Positions 53,292 through 62,534 of a stretch of 64,000 bases of DNA are shown here, one piece after another (position 1 is the first letter of the stretch; each line of letters opens with the position of its first letter). A model generated the notes under the pieces. The model saw nothing but the letters and a program-made list of their open reading frames with translations, searched no databases and was not told the DNA's origin. Position numbers and translations under genes: made by a program. Origin of the DNA: an uncultured cyanobacterium (GTDB lineage Bacteria; Cyanobacteriota; Cyanobacteriia; PCC-9006; JAAUQQ01); the NCBI GenBank assembly GCA_963718615.1, contig OY970368.1:4032001-4096000 (forward strand), read 5' to 3'.

Positions 53292-55160
53292 ATGTTAGAT
53301 CTTTCCCCCCTCTGGATTTCTCTAAAAATTGCGACGATCGCCACCGCATTTACTTTTTTTCTGGGTATTGCTGTGGCCCATAGCATGCATCATTATCGAG
53401 GACGCTGGCGATCGCTCCTAGAGGGATTTTTGCTAGCTCCCATGGTCTTACCGCCAACGGTTTTGGGCTTTTTATTGCTGTTACTCTTAGGGAAAAACGG
53501 ACCGATTGGAAAACTCTTAGAACCTTGGGGTTTGAATCTTATCTTTACCTGGTATGCGGCGGTCATTGCGGCAACGGTCGTTGCCTTTCCGTTAATGTAT
53601 AAGACGGTCTTGGGCGGTCTAGAGCAAATCGATCGTAATTTACAACAGGCGGCTAGGACGCTTGGGGCTTCTGAAGCACAGCTTTTTTGGCGAGTGACGC
53701 TGCCGCTCGCATTGCCAGGAATTATTGCAGGAACCACATTAGCTTTCGCGCGGGCACTGGGTGAATTTGGCGCGACGCTGATGCTGGCTGGCAATATTCC
53801 AGGACGAACCCAAACCCTGCCGATGGCGATTTATTTTTCCGTAGAAGCGGGAGATTTTGCGGCTGCAACTCTTTACTGTGGGATTGTCTTGGTTCTCTCT
53901 CTGGGTGGAATTGCACTGGTGAATGATTGGAATCGAGGTGATTCTTTTCGCAAAAATCGTCGTCATTCCCTTGATTTATCGGATGCTAGTTCTAGTGCGA
54001 TCGCCAAGATATCTTTACCACTGCTCTTCGGTGAAGCAGAGGCTGCTCAACGAACCACAACTCCCCTAGATCTACAAGTTCAACTGCGGAAACAACTGCC
54101 TGGTTTTGAGCTCAATGTGGTGTTTTCAACCACAGACAAGCATTTAGGCCTACTGGGTACATCGGGTGCGGGTAAGAGTTTAATTCTTCGCTGTATTGCA
54201 GGAATCGAAAATCCGGATTCTGGAAAAATTGTGCTTAATGGTAGGGTTCTGTTTGATTCGGAACGGGGCATTTGTGTGCCGAGTCGCGATCGCAAAGTCA
54301 GTCTATTATTCCAAAATTATGCGCTTTTTCCCCATTTAACTGTAGCCCAAAATGTTGCCTTTGGGTTAGAGCAGCAAGCGAAATGGTACCGAAAACAACG
54401 ACGGCAGTCGTCCCTTCAGGAAGTGGTTCGTTTGCAACTCGAAGCTTTTCAAATCGCTTCCCTGGCTCACCGCTATCCTCGCCAATTATCGGGGGGGCAA
54501 CAGCAGCGTGTTGCTTTAGCCCGTGCGCTAGTGAGTCAACCTGAGTTATTGCTTTTAGATGAGCCTTTTTCAGCTTTAGATACGCATTTGCGCAGCCGCA
54601 TGGAACAGCAAATGGGGTTAAGTTTACAGGCTTATCCGGGCCTTTCACTCTTGGTGACCCATAATCTGGAAGAGGCCTATCGGCTTTGTTCTCAGTTGAT
54701 TGTGATTGAGTCGGGCCAGGTGGCGGCTCAGGCCAGTAAGTATGAAATTTTTGAGCATCCTCGGACGGCGAGTGTGGCTCAACTTACGGGATGCAAGAAT
54801 TTATCGCGGGCGATCGCCCAAGGCCCCCATCAACTGCGAGCGTTAGATTGGGATTGTATTTTAACGACTTTAGAACCGATTCCGTCAAATCTGGCTCAAG
54901 TGGGTATGCGGGCGCATCAAGTTCGGTTTTTGTCGGATTTTTCCCAGGAACCGAATTGTTTTCCCTGTTGGCTGAGCAATGTGAGTGAAACACCCCATCG
55001 GGTGACGCTATATTTAAAGCTGAATCGACCGGCGCGATCGCCTCAGGATTATGATTTACAGGCGGAAGTGTTTAAGGAAAAGTGGGCGATGTTAAAGGAT
55101 CAAGCGATGCCTTGGCCTGTCCAGCTCGATCCTCTGAAGCTGTTATTGTTAGATGCGTAG
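53292..55160 (+). CDS. modBC: Fused molybdate ABC permease/ATPase ModBC
   Basis: LPPTVLG and FARALGEFGAT permease motifs, then GTSGAGKS, LSGGQQQR, LLLDEPF. Confidence 0.95.
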   Translation: MLDLSPLWISLKIATIATAFTFFLGIAVAHSMHHYRGRWRSLLEGFLLAPMVLPPTVLGFLLLLLLGKNGPIGKLLEPWGLNLIFTWYAAVIAATVVAFPLMYKTVLGGLEQIDRNLQQAARTLGASEAQLFWRVTLPLALPGIIAGTTLAFARALGEFGATLMLAGNIPGRTQTLPMAIYFSVEAGDFAAATLYCGIVLVLSLGGIALVNDWNRGDSFRKNRRHSLDLSDASSSAIAKISLPLLFGEAEAAQRTTTPLDLQVQLRKQLPGFELNVVFSTTDKHLGLLGTSGAGKSLILRCIAGIENPDSGKIVLNGRVLFDSERGICVPSRDRKVSLLFQNYALFPHLTVAQNVAFGLEQQAKWYRKQRRQSSLQEVVRLQLEAFQIASLAHRYPRQLSGGQQQRVALARALVSQPELLLLDEPFSALDTHLRSRMEQQMGLSLQAYPGLSLLVTHNLEEAYRLCSQLIVIESGQVAAQASKYEIFEHPRTASVAQLTGCKNLSRAIAQGPHQLRALDWDCILTTLEPIPSNLAQVGMRAHQVRFLSDFSQEPNCFPCWLSNVSETPHRVTLYLKLNRPARSPQDYDLQAEVFKEKWAMLKDQAMPWPVQLDPLKLLLLDA

Positions 55161-55327
55161 GTTGGGTTGAGGCACGAAACCCAACATGCACAAGTCAACC
55201 TGCACAAGCTCTGTTGGGTTTCGCTAGGGCTCAAGTCAACCTGCACAAGCTCTGTTGGGTTTCGCTAGGGCTCAAGTCAACCTGCACAAGCTCTGTTGGG
55301 TTTCGCTAGGGCTCAACCCAACCTACG
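55156..55327. repeat. REP-like palindromic element with internal 3x41-bp tandem amplification
   Basis: 16-bp terminal inverted repeats CGTAGGTTGGGTTGAG/CTCAACCCAACCTACG. Identical 41-mers at 55191, 55232 and 55273, with no spacers. Confidence 0.9.
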
Positions 55328-57334
55328 AATTTGCTGGGCTTCGATTTGACTCGCGAATAAGCTTTGCAAACGCATCAGTTGCCCCCCGCCTAGATAGAGT
55401 AAATCACCTTTACCCAAGAGCTGTGCTGCGGCTTCTTCTTTACCCCCTAGGATGATCGAAGAGTCGGCGGAGCTAGCGGTTCGCAGGGCTACACGTCCGG
55501 GCAGGTTGGAACGAATCAGGGGGGTGACGACTTTGGCTTCGGGGCGTTGGGTGGCGATGATCAGGTGAATGCCTGCGGCGCGGGCCATGGCTCCAAGTCG
55601 TTTGATGCTTTGTTCTAGGGCTGTTGCAACGGATTTCTCAGCCATGAAGTCTGCGTATTCGTCAAAAATGCAGACAATTCTTGGGAGCGGTTCCGCTTTG
55701 GCATTGTAACCTTTAAGGTCTGAGCATTGGGCTTGTTCAAAGCGACGATAGCGACGTTCCATTTCATCGACCAGGCTTTCCATTAGCTCGATCGCGGCTT
55801 CGGAATCTTTGACGATGGGTTGATAGAGCCAGGGAATGGTTTCAAATTCTGGGAAGGTGACGCGCTTGGGATCGACGAGGACAATTTTGAGGTGATTGGG
55901 ACTGTGGCGGGTGAGGAGGCTGAGGAGGAGCGATCGCAAAAACTCGCTTTTACCGCTTCCAGTTGTACCTCCGACTAAAAAGTGACAGGTGTTGGGATCG
56001 GATAGGTCGGCTTCAACAAGATGGCCATCCAGGTTAACACCGATCGCAATCTTAACCGGCTCGGTGGGCGGGGTGTTTTGGCGCTGAATGTAGTCTTGAA
56101 AATGGGCGGTTTGGCGATCGGGTCGGGGCAAGTCTACGCTAAGATAACCGGCTTGAGGGGCAATCATCGGCGCGTTGTGAAGTCCCATCTGAACCCGTAA
56201 ATCGTCAGAAAGTTTGAGGATCGAGGCGATTTTAATGCCGGGATGAGGTTTAAGTTTGACTCGAATAAACGCAGGGCCGATGGCAGAGCCCGCGTAGTCT
56301 ACGCCGATGTTGAAGGCGCTGAGGACTTGGATCAGTTGGTTAGCGGTTTCATCAGCAACATTGTTGTTGGGGGGCGGTGGGATGGTGGGGTGATGGGGTA
56401 GTGGGGTGATGGGGTGGTGGGGTGAATTGGTGGGTTGGGGAATTGGGTCTGGAGCGAGGTCGGCGGCGGTGGCTCCGAACATTTCTCGGCATTTACTGCG
56501 TTTGGGACAGATGCCGCAGAGGGAGGGTTGGGCGGTGGCTGGGACGGGGTTGGGCTGGCCGGGTTGCCATTGCAGCCAGGTTTGCATTTGCTGGAGCCGT
56601 TGGGGGATGAGCTGATGAACGGTGGATTCTAGTTGATCCCATTGGAAACTTTGTTCTTTCCAGTCGGGCAGAACGCTGTAAACGGCGGAGTTGATCGGGA
56701 CGCCGACTTTTTGCCGCAGCATGTAGCCATATAGGGCAACTTGGGCGAGGGTGGCGGAGGCGTCTTGGGTTTGGTAGGTTTTGTAGTCGGCGACGCAGAG
56801 GCGTTGTTGGGAGAAGTCGTAAATCAGGCTATCAAACTTGCCTTGGACGAGCTGTTGTGTGCCGTTGGGCAGGGTGAAGGTATGGGCGAGTTTGAGTTCT
56901 TTGGCGAGGAAGGTGCGGGAGGCAACGTCGGTGGCGTTGCAAAATTGGCGGTTGCTGGCGAGGAGTTTACCCCAATGCTGAATCAGTCCGGTGAGCCCTT
57001 GCCAAAGTTTTTGATAAGCCGCAACTTTCTTGGGGTCTGACTGCGCAACTTGCAAGAGTTCTGGGTAGAAGGCATGTTTATACAGCAGTTTCTCTAGTTC
57101 TTGGGCGGTGGTCTGAGCGTCAAGGTTTGGGGGGTTGAATAGTGCCTGAAATTCAGGGTTTTTGAGGATTAGTTCGACGGATGTTTCACAGAGCTTGTGG
57201 AAGGCTTGGCCAATGCCTGTGACTGTGTCTTTGGGTTGAAACATCGTGGGGCCAGGAAATTTCTCTCCGAGGTAGAAGAGGCGGGGGCACTCGAAGGCGA
57301 CGCGGATTTTGGTGACGCTGAGGGAGGAAGTCAT
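55313..57334 (-). CDS. PD-(D/E)XK (Cas4/AddB-like, Fe-S) nuclease fused to a soluble FtsK/SpoIIIE ATPase
   Basis: N-terminal CPRLFY, KFD...DYKT...QVALY and CGICPKRSKC. C-terminal GGTTGSGKS, VDPK, IFDEYAD, HLIIATQRP, LLGKGD. No TM segments and no gamma domain. Confidence 0.85.
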   Translation of the reverse strand: MTSSLSVTKIRVAFECPRLFYLGEKFPGPTMFQPKDTVTGIGQAFHKLCETSVELILKNPEFQALFNPPNLDAQTTAQELEKLLYKHAFYPELLQVAQSDPKKVAAYQKLWQGLTGLIQHWGKLLASNRQFCNATDVASRTFLAKELKLAHTFTLPNGTQQLVQGKFDSLIYDFSQQRLCVADYKTYQTQDASATLAQVALYGYMLRQKVGVPINSAVYSVLPDWKEQSFQWDQLESTVHQLIPQRLQQMQTWLQWQPGQPNPVPATAQPSLCGICPKRSKCREMFGATAADLAPDPIPQPTNSPHHPITPLPHHPTIPPPPNNNVADETANQLIQVLSAFNIGVDYAGSAIGPAFIRVKLKPHPGIKIASILKLSDDLRVQMGLHNAPMIAPQAGYLSVDLPRPDRQTAHFQDYIQRQNTPPTEPVKIAIGVNLDGHLVEADLSDPNTCHFLVGGTTGSGKSEFLRSLLLSLLTRHSPNHLKIVLVDPKRVTFPEFETIPWLYQPIVKDSEAAIELMESLVDEMERRYRRFEQAQCSDLKGYNAKAEPLPRIVCIFDEYADFMAEKSVATALEQSIKRLGAMARAAGIHLIIATQRPEAKVVTPLIRSNLPGRVALRTASSADSSIILGGKEEAAAQLLGKGDLLYLGGGQLMRLQSLFASQIEAQQIRRLG
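56376..56423 (-). repeat. Six octamer repeats (48 bp) in the nuclease-FtsK linker
   Basis: On the + strand: GGTGGGAT GGTGGGGT GATGGGGT AGTGGGGT GATGGGGT GGTGGGGT, encoding PHHPITPLPHHPTIP. Confidence 0.8.
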
Positions 57335-59337
57335 GAGGGGACGAGGCAGATGACCTGCTGTTCTGGTTTTACGCTGGGATCTACGATCCGTATCCTACCT
57401 GTCTGACACATCTTTACAAGAATTGATTCAAGATCTGAGTCACTTACATGACTAAATTGGTCCTTTGCATTTTTCAGAAAGACTGTACGACCTAAAATAT
57501 GCTGAGTTTCGATCAGGCTATACAAATAGCCTTCGACCTTTTTTAGACCTGGACCTGGAACTGGAACTGGACCTGGACCTATACCTCTCACAGCTTCAAA
57601 TAATTCTTTCAAGATTGGACAATCATCAAGTACTTTAGTTTCTCTAACAAGAGCACGTAACTCTTTGAGACTGATCTCTTTTTGACCGACTACTAATTCT
57701 CGGCTACCAGAATCATTGACGAGCTTCTGATAGGTTTCAAGAAAGTAGAGAGAATCGAGATTAGGTTTAAGATGAGTATTTTTATCGAATAGTTGTTGAT
57801 AGAGCTGATGTCCTCGATTTCTCGCGCCCCCTGTACTCTCTGACCGTACTAAAATAAGCTTATCAAAAGCACCTCGGTTGTTCACACTTCTACAAGCATT
57901 CATCACGTGAAAGAACGTTTGCATATTTCTTTCTTCACTCCATACAACACCAATACTTTTATCGGAGTCCTTGAAACTTAATGAATTAGCCGAGTATCTA
58001 GAGTTTCCTAGAATCGAGGTTTTAATCTGGTCTGTTGAAAGTGCTTCTAGGGCTTCGCGCAGTCTCTGAATGAGTTCAGGTGAAGAAAACTGCTGTATGC
58101 GCGAGACTCGTTGCCTGGAGGCTTTGAATTCTTTTTGCCAAACCAGTATGAACTGGGTAGATAATAAGGGTGTTGGTCCTGTTTCTGTTTCTGTTCCTGG
58201 TACTACAGGTGGTAATTTTCCGTGACGCTTGAAGTGATTAACTAGCGTTTCGCCAATCATCAGTGCAATGCGCGGTAAGGTTTTACCACCCGGAACTTTT
58301 GCATCTAGCCACTCTCGTTTTAGGGGATCGATCGGGCTTTTCGGGCGTGGATTGGCCAAGCGATGTAGTGGGTAGAGATTTGCAGCCCAAATTTCCTCGG
58401 CTTGATCTGTTGAAATTTTTCTAAGTTCTAGTGTCTGACCAATACTCGCCAAATCAGACGTTTGGATTTTCTCTTTGGCGACACGCCAAGCATCAGTAAT
58501 TACACTAATAATTATTAGAAAGTTCTTTACTCTTGAATTATGAAAAGTCGAATTAATATCGAGTACAGCTTGATAGTTACCTTTGGTGGTATCGATCTGA
58601 TCAAAGCAAATTACGATAGGCTGTGTTTCTCTTGCAATTAGACCGATATTGTTTAGAATTTTTTGCGCCGCATCCTCCGAGTCAATAGATCCTCTTATTT
58701 TAAGCTTTTTCAGATCATCTTCATCTAAATCGTCACCCCGTAACCAGTCACAAGCGACGTCAAATGTTTCAGATTGTGTCAAGGCGTAGAGCGCTCGAAA
58801 GAAATCCTTGGCGCGATAGAGGCCAACAGGGTAGGCAGCTTTCATGATGTTAACAAATTTGTCACATCCTTCTTGTAGCCAATTCGATTTCTTTTGATTT
58901 TGCAGTTTGAGAAGACTGCGAAGCCAAAGCGAGATCTGTGATTCACTCTCTCCTTCTGGAACTTGCATCAGGCTATCAACTGTATTTCGGAGAGTGTGCC
59001 TCCAGATGTAACTTTGTGGCTCAGGACAAGGACCAACATATACGAAGAAAGCCCGATCGTTGAGTTCTCGCTTAATTCGGCCTAATAGATAGCTTTTGCC
59101 AGATCCACTTTCGCCTTGTATTAGGATGGTTCGGGTGACATGATCATGCGCCATCTGAGCGACAGCGGATTCTACCCTTTCAATCACATCTTGATGAATT
59201 GACTTGACTTCTAATGCGTCTTGATAATCATCTTGCCAGAAGTTTCCAGCCTTAATACTTGGATTAAAGGGATTTACACTAAGTTGAACGATCTTCTCAA
59301 TGGGTTGTTTGGAGGTAGATTCTTTTGATGGAGCCAT
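57331..59337 (-). CDS. P-loop ATPase (RcaG-like / AAA-type) with probable C-terminal winged helix
   Basis: Walker A GESGSGKS and Walker B ICFDQID. Its stop overlaps the start of the nuclease-FtsK gene (ATGA). Confidence 0.8.
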   Translation of the reverse strand: MAPSKESTSKQPIEKIVQLSVNPFNPSIKAGNFWQDDYQDALEVKSIHQDVIERVESAVAQMAHDHVTRTILIQGESGSGKSYLLGRIKRELNDRAFFVYVGPCPEPQSYIWRHTLRNTVDSLMQVPEGESESQISLWLRSLLKLQNQKKSNWLQEGCDKFVNIMKAAYPVGLYRAKDFFRALYALTQSETFDVACDWLRGDDLDEDDLKKLKIRGSIDSEDAAQKILNNIGLIARETQPIVICFDQIDTTKGNYQAVLDINSTFHNSRVKNFLIIISVITDAWRVAKEKIQTSDLASIGQTLELRKISTDQAEEIWAANLYPLHRLANPRPKSPIDPLKREWLDAKVPGGKTLPRIALMIGETLVNHFKRHGKLPPVVPGTETETGPTPLLSTQFILVWQKEFKASRQRVSRIQQFSSPELIQRLREALEALSTDQIKTSILGNSRYSANSLSFKDSDKSIGVVWSEERNMQTFFHVMNACRSVNNRGAFDKLILVRSESTGGARNRGHQLYQQLFDKNTHLKPNLDSLYFLETYQKLVNDSGSRELVVGQKEISLKELRALVRETKVLDDCPILKELFEAVRGIGPGPVPVPGPGLKKVEGYLYSLIETQHILGRTVFLKNAKDQFSHVSDSDLESILVKMCQTGRIRIVDPSVKPEQQVICLVPS

Positions 59338-59412
59338 GGTGATGCCAGAATCGATAACAAATGAGTTCAAGACCTGAACGGTAGCGAGTTTAAAATTGAT
59401 TTTGAGGAAACA

Positions 59413-60240
59413 TTAAGGATTTAGGCGAATGAAAAACAGAGGGCCGCCAATATCCTGAGGAATACCTGCTCTAATTTGAGCTTCACTATAACGACTGATC
59501 TCATGAAGAGCCGTTAGCTCGATTTTGTCGTCTCTTTGAAGTTGATAGAGAATGCGATCTAACTCGTCACGATCAAGAGCGACTTGATCACGAAGATAGA
59601 AAAGGGGCAAGTAATTATCCGTGTTGTACTGACGATCGAGCTTTGCAATTAGCTCCAATACTTCTGACGCATTAGACACCTGAATCTTCTTGAACTCAAA
59701 ATTTTCAGGTTCTACCTCATCGCTATCCGCAGCCTGCCGCAGAAAGTTGACGTAGCTCCCCATGAGGTTCAGGCTAACAGTCGCTCCCCCAGACGGCTTA
59801 AACTCATGCCGCAAAAACTGCTCACCTTGGGGCGTCAGCCAAACCTCTGCGATCTTGATATCCCGATCGCTCACCTTCAAAAAGCCCCGCTCCTCCAACG
59901 AGCGAATCAGCGCTTGGCGGCGATCGCTAGCAACCTTCTTAACCATCCCCGTCGTGACTCGCTGCCCACCCTTAGCCGCCTCCAGCACACTCAACTCATC
60001 AGCGCTGATCGGTAGATTGGCGACATCTAATTTCAGGAGATTTTGGCCTGTTGGGGCGATCGCAAATCCCCTAATCTCTGTACGATAGGCGACAATTCCT
60101 TTGTTGACCAACTCCCTACAAGCCTTATCCCGATCTGCTGCGCTCTTTCCAGGGCTTAGCTTGTCATTCATCGGACCCCGATACCCCGGCAATCCCAGCA
60201 GCTTCAGCAAAAACTTTAGTTCAAGCGTACTTATATCCAT
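59413..60240 (-). CDS. RcaD-like multi-winged-helix DNA-binding protein
   Basis: ATG at 60240 with GAGGGG RBS. ELKFLLKLLG N-terminus and NYLPLFYLR...LYQLQRDDKIEL resemble proteins annotated RcaD (recall). Three wHTH-like segments. Confidence 0.65.
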   Translation of the reverse strand: MDISTLELKFLLKLLGLPGYRGPMNDKLSPGKSAADRDKACRELVNKGIVAYRTEIRGFAIAPTGQNLLKLDVANLPISADELSVLEAAKGGQRVTTGMVKKVASDRRQALIRSLEERGFLKVSDRDIKIAEVWLTPQGEQFLRHEFKPSGGATVSLNLMGSYVNFLRQAADSDEVEPENFEFKKIQVSNASEVLELIAKLDRQYNTDNYLPLFYLRDQVALDRDELDRILYQLQRDDKIELTALHEISRYSEAQIRAGIPQDIGGPLFFIRLNP

Positions 60241-60465
60241 CTGCTCAATCCCCTCACTCATATGCTCAGTCATCGTTAGAGCCCGCATCACATTGGACCC
60301 AACTTCTCTATTCTGGCAAAATTTACAGAGATCGGGATTGAAAAATCAAAAATTTTGATCAATCACTGTGTTTTTTGCTGCCAAGCCCCCTTCGGAATTT
60401 CCGTAACCGGAATGACTTCAAGCAGCAGCGATTCCCAGCTTTCCGGAAAAGGAAAGGAGCTTTCC

Positions 60466-60500
60466 CAGATCTGACCAGATCTGAACAGATCTGAACAGAA
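60466..60500. repeat. Three 10-bp direct repeats CAGATCTGA(C/A) upstream of the RcaD-like operon
   Basis: CAGATCTGAC CAGATCTGAA CAGATCTGAA CAGAA. Each unit contains the palindrome CAGATCTG. Confidence 0.7.
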
Positions 60501-60558
60501 CGCGATCGCACGAGTAGCCAACCTCTCCCAATCGCTCTCATAGAAGCTCATTCCCAAG

Positions 60559-61059
60559 TCAATAGGAGATCGTTACCGTATTCGGCGCAAAAAGAAGCGG
60601 TAATGCGCCTCCCTCTTCTCCAAGCACAACACCTTCAATCAAATCCTCCTGAGTTAAGCCTGCTTCGCGAGAGCAACTTGGACAAGCAATCACTCTTCCC
60701 CCATCCTCAATAAACGCTTGCAGTTTTTGATGAATATTCAAATGGCTGTTACCTTCTGTCGCAGGAAGTCGCTCCTGATCCGCAAGATACACCCCACGAA
60801 CATTTAGAAAGACAGTGACGGGCTGGTGTCCGCGTCGCAAGGCATTGTGGGCCAGAGAGAGGGCCATACTTGCAGTCCATGTCTCATCAGTCGTCAGATT
60901 AACGAACAGCCCTCTTGGTTCAGCAACATTTTCTGTAGTTTGAGCGAATACAGTTTCCGAGTAAGCTGGTGTCGCTGTAATAATATTGCAACTCAATAAA
61001 CCACCCAAGAATGAAGCAGCAAACACACAAGGCAAGTTAGATTTGAATTGGCGTTTCAT
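60559..61059 (-). CDS. Exported DsrE-family protein
   Basis: Signal peptide, LFVNLT, VTVFLNVRGV, VIACPSC. Confidence 0.8.
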   Translation of the reverse strand: MKRQFKSNLPCVFAASFLGGLLSCNIITATPAYSETVFAQTTENVAEPRGLFVNLTTDETWTASMALSLAHNALRRGHQPVTVFLNVRGVYLADQERLPATEGNSHLNIHQKLQAFIEDGGRVIACPSCSREAGLTQEDLIEGVVLGEEGGALPLLFAPNTVTISY

Positions 61060-61606
61060 AATTAGGCTATCTTCTACAATTTCTTTTAAGAACAACGAGC
61101 TAAGCCCCTCTAGAACAGCAGGTTGCTGAGCAGAATAGAAAAACTCCATTGATTTGATTTATTCTCGACCTGCTAGACCAACCAGTCAAAAGACGGCTTG
61201 TCAAACATTAAAAGCCTGTAATTGTAACTAGTCATTCAAGGAATTTAGAGAGAGATTCTCCACCTATCACAAAAGTGGGGTAACGCCGTAAGGCGAGACG
61301 AATGGGGCAGAGGAGCGAAGTATAAATAGAGACCCTAATTTGAGGAATTGTAAAAGAGCCTCCAACCCTAGGTCAGAGGCAGCTAGGGTTCCGGTTAACA
61401 ACAACTGGAGCCCAATGACTTTAACTCTAACGCCGCTCAGCGATTGCTTGGACAGTCTTTCCCCGACCTCTTTGAATGGGGGCTTGAACAATCCTCTGAG
61501 CTTCCACTCCCTCGACAGTCTCATAAATCACAACAGGCTGAGCCTAAGCTGCTCCTCGTTTTCCCGGCTTAAGTTACGACCCTCCAAGACTACAATCTAT
61601 CACATT

Positions 61607-61627
61607 CTCTCAAAATGAGAGTATAAT
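61607..61627 (+). promoter_or_regulatory. higBA promoter/operator
   Basis: Inverted repeat CTCTCA-AAA-TGAGAG immediately followed by a perfect TATAAT, 28 bp before the higB ATG. Confidence 0.7.
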
Positions 61628-61655
61628 GAGGGATAGACTCCAGCAGGCATCGTTG

Positions 61656-61955
61656 ATGCACCTCATATCAATCCGTAAGCTCCGTAGTGATGCAGCCCAT
61701 TACCCTGATCTAGGCCAAGTCATTAACGCTTGGTACGCAGTCGTAAAGAAAGCAAACTGGAAGAATCTAGAGGACGTGAGAATAATTTATCGAGATGCTG
61801 AAACCGTCGGAAACTTCACTGTCTTTAATCTAAAGGGAAATCAGTATCGATTAATCGTTGGTATTGATTACCCTAGCCAAACGGTCTACTACAAATATCT
61901 TCTAACTCACGCTGATTACGATAAAAATAGGTGGAAAAATGACCCTTACTTTTAA
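61656..61955 (+). CDS. higB: Type II toxin HigB (RelE-like mRNA interferase)
   Basis: MHLIS, VFNLKGNQYRLI, LTHADYDK. Confidence 0.92.
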   Translation: MHLISIRKLRSDAAHYPDLGQVINAWYAVVKKANWKNLEDVRIIYRDAETVGNFTVFNLKGNQYRLIVGIDYPSQTVYYKYLLTHADYDKNRWKNDPYF

Positions 61956-62337
61956 TCTGACTGCTTATAGCGATCTTCTACGGGAAATCACACCCAAAAT
62001 CATCGAGACAGAGATGGAGTATGAAAAAACCTTAGCAATCGTCGAGCAACTGACCTTTAAGCGCGATCGCACCCCCGAAGAAACCGCACTGCATAGGCTA
62101 CTGGTCATACTCATAGAAACCTACGAAGCCGAGCAATACCCCATCCCAGAATCCTCCCCCGACGAAATCCTGCGCCACATCATGGAAGCCAGCGGTACTC
62201 GCCAGATTGACCTAGTGGGAATAATCGGCTCTAGCGGCGTCGTCTCAGAAATCGTCAACGGAAAACGAACCATCAGCAAAGCCCAAGCCAAAATCCTCGC
62301 GGATCGGTTCAAAGTTTCATCCAGCTTGTTCATTTAA
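61939..62337 (+). CDS. higA: Antitoxin HigA (HTH)
   Basis: LIETYEAEQYP, GVVSEIVNGKRTIS. Overlaps the higB end. Confidence 0.92.
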   Translation: MTLTFNLTAYSDLLREITPKIIETEMEYEKTLAIVEQLTFKRDRTPEETALHRLLVILIETYEAEQYPIPESSPDEILRHIMEASGTRQIDLVGIIGSSGVVSEIVNGKRTISKAQAKILADRFKVSSSLFI

Positions 62338-62367
62338 CCCCTTCACGCTCAGCCACATCCCAAGCGC

Positions 62368-62391
62368 TAGCAAAGCAGCGCTGCTTTGCTA
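62368..62391. terminator. Perfect 24-bp palindrome after higA
   Basis: TAGCAAAGCAGCGCTGCTTTGCTA. Confidence 0.55.
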
Positions 62392-62534
62392 TGGATAACA
62401 GCACCAAACCCCAACCCAACTTCCTCGACTAAGATCTTTAAGATCTCAATCCCCCCCCAAACTCATATTGGACAGAACCGTCCCCCCCGATCGATCATAG
62501 AACCCACAACTTCAAAACCTCACCCCTCCAAACC

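Noticed and set aside
55191-55313. Possible CRISPR array next to a Cas4-like nuclease
   Set aside because: The three 41-bp units are identical and abut with no spacers, sit inside REP-like inverted repeats, and no cas1/cas2 is present.
60442-60447. TCCGGA (DIF1-like) hexamer
   Set aside because: A single 6-mer is expected by chance and there is no supporting promoter context.
61267-61618. Overlapping 85-aa (minus) and 92-aa (plus) ORFs before higBA
   Set aside because: No recognisable motifs or clear RBS, so neither can be supported as a gene; a decayed remnant cannot be excluded.
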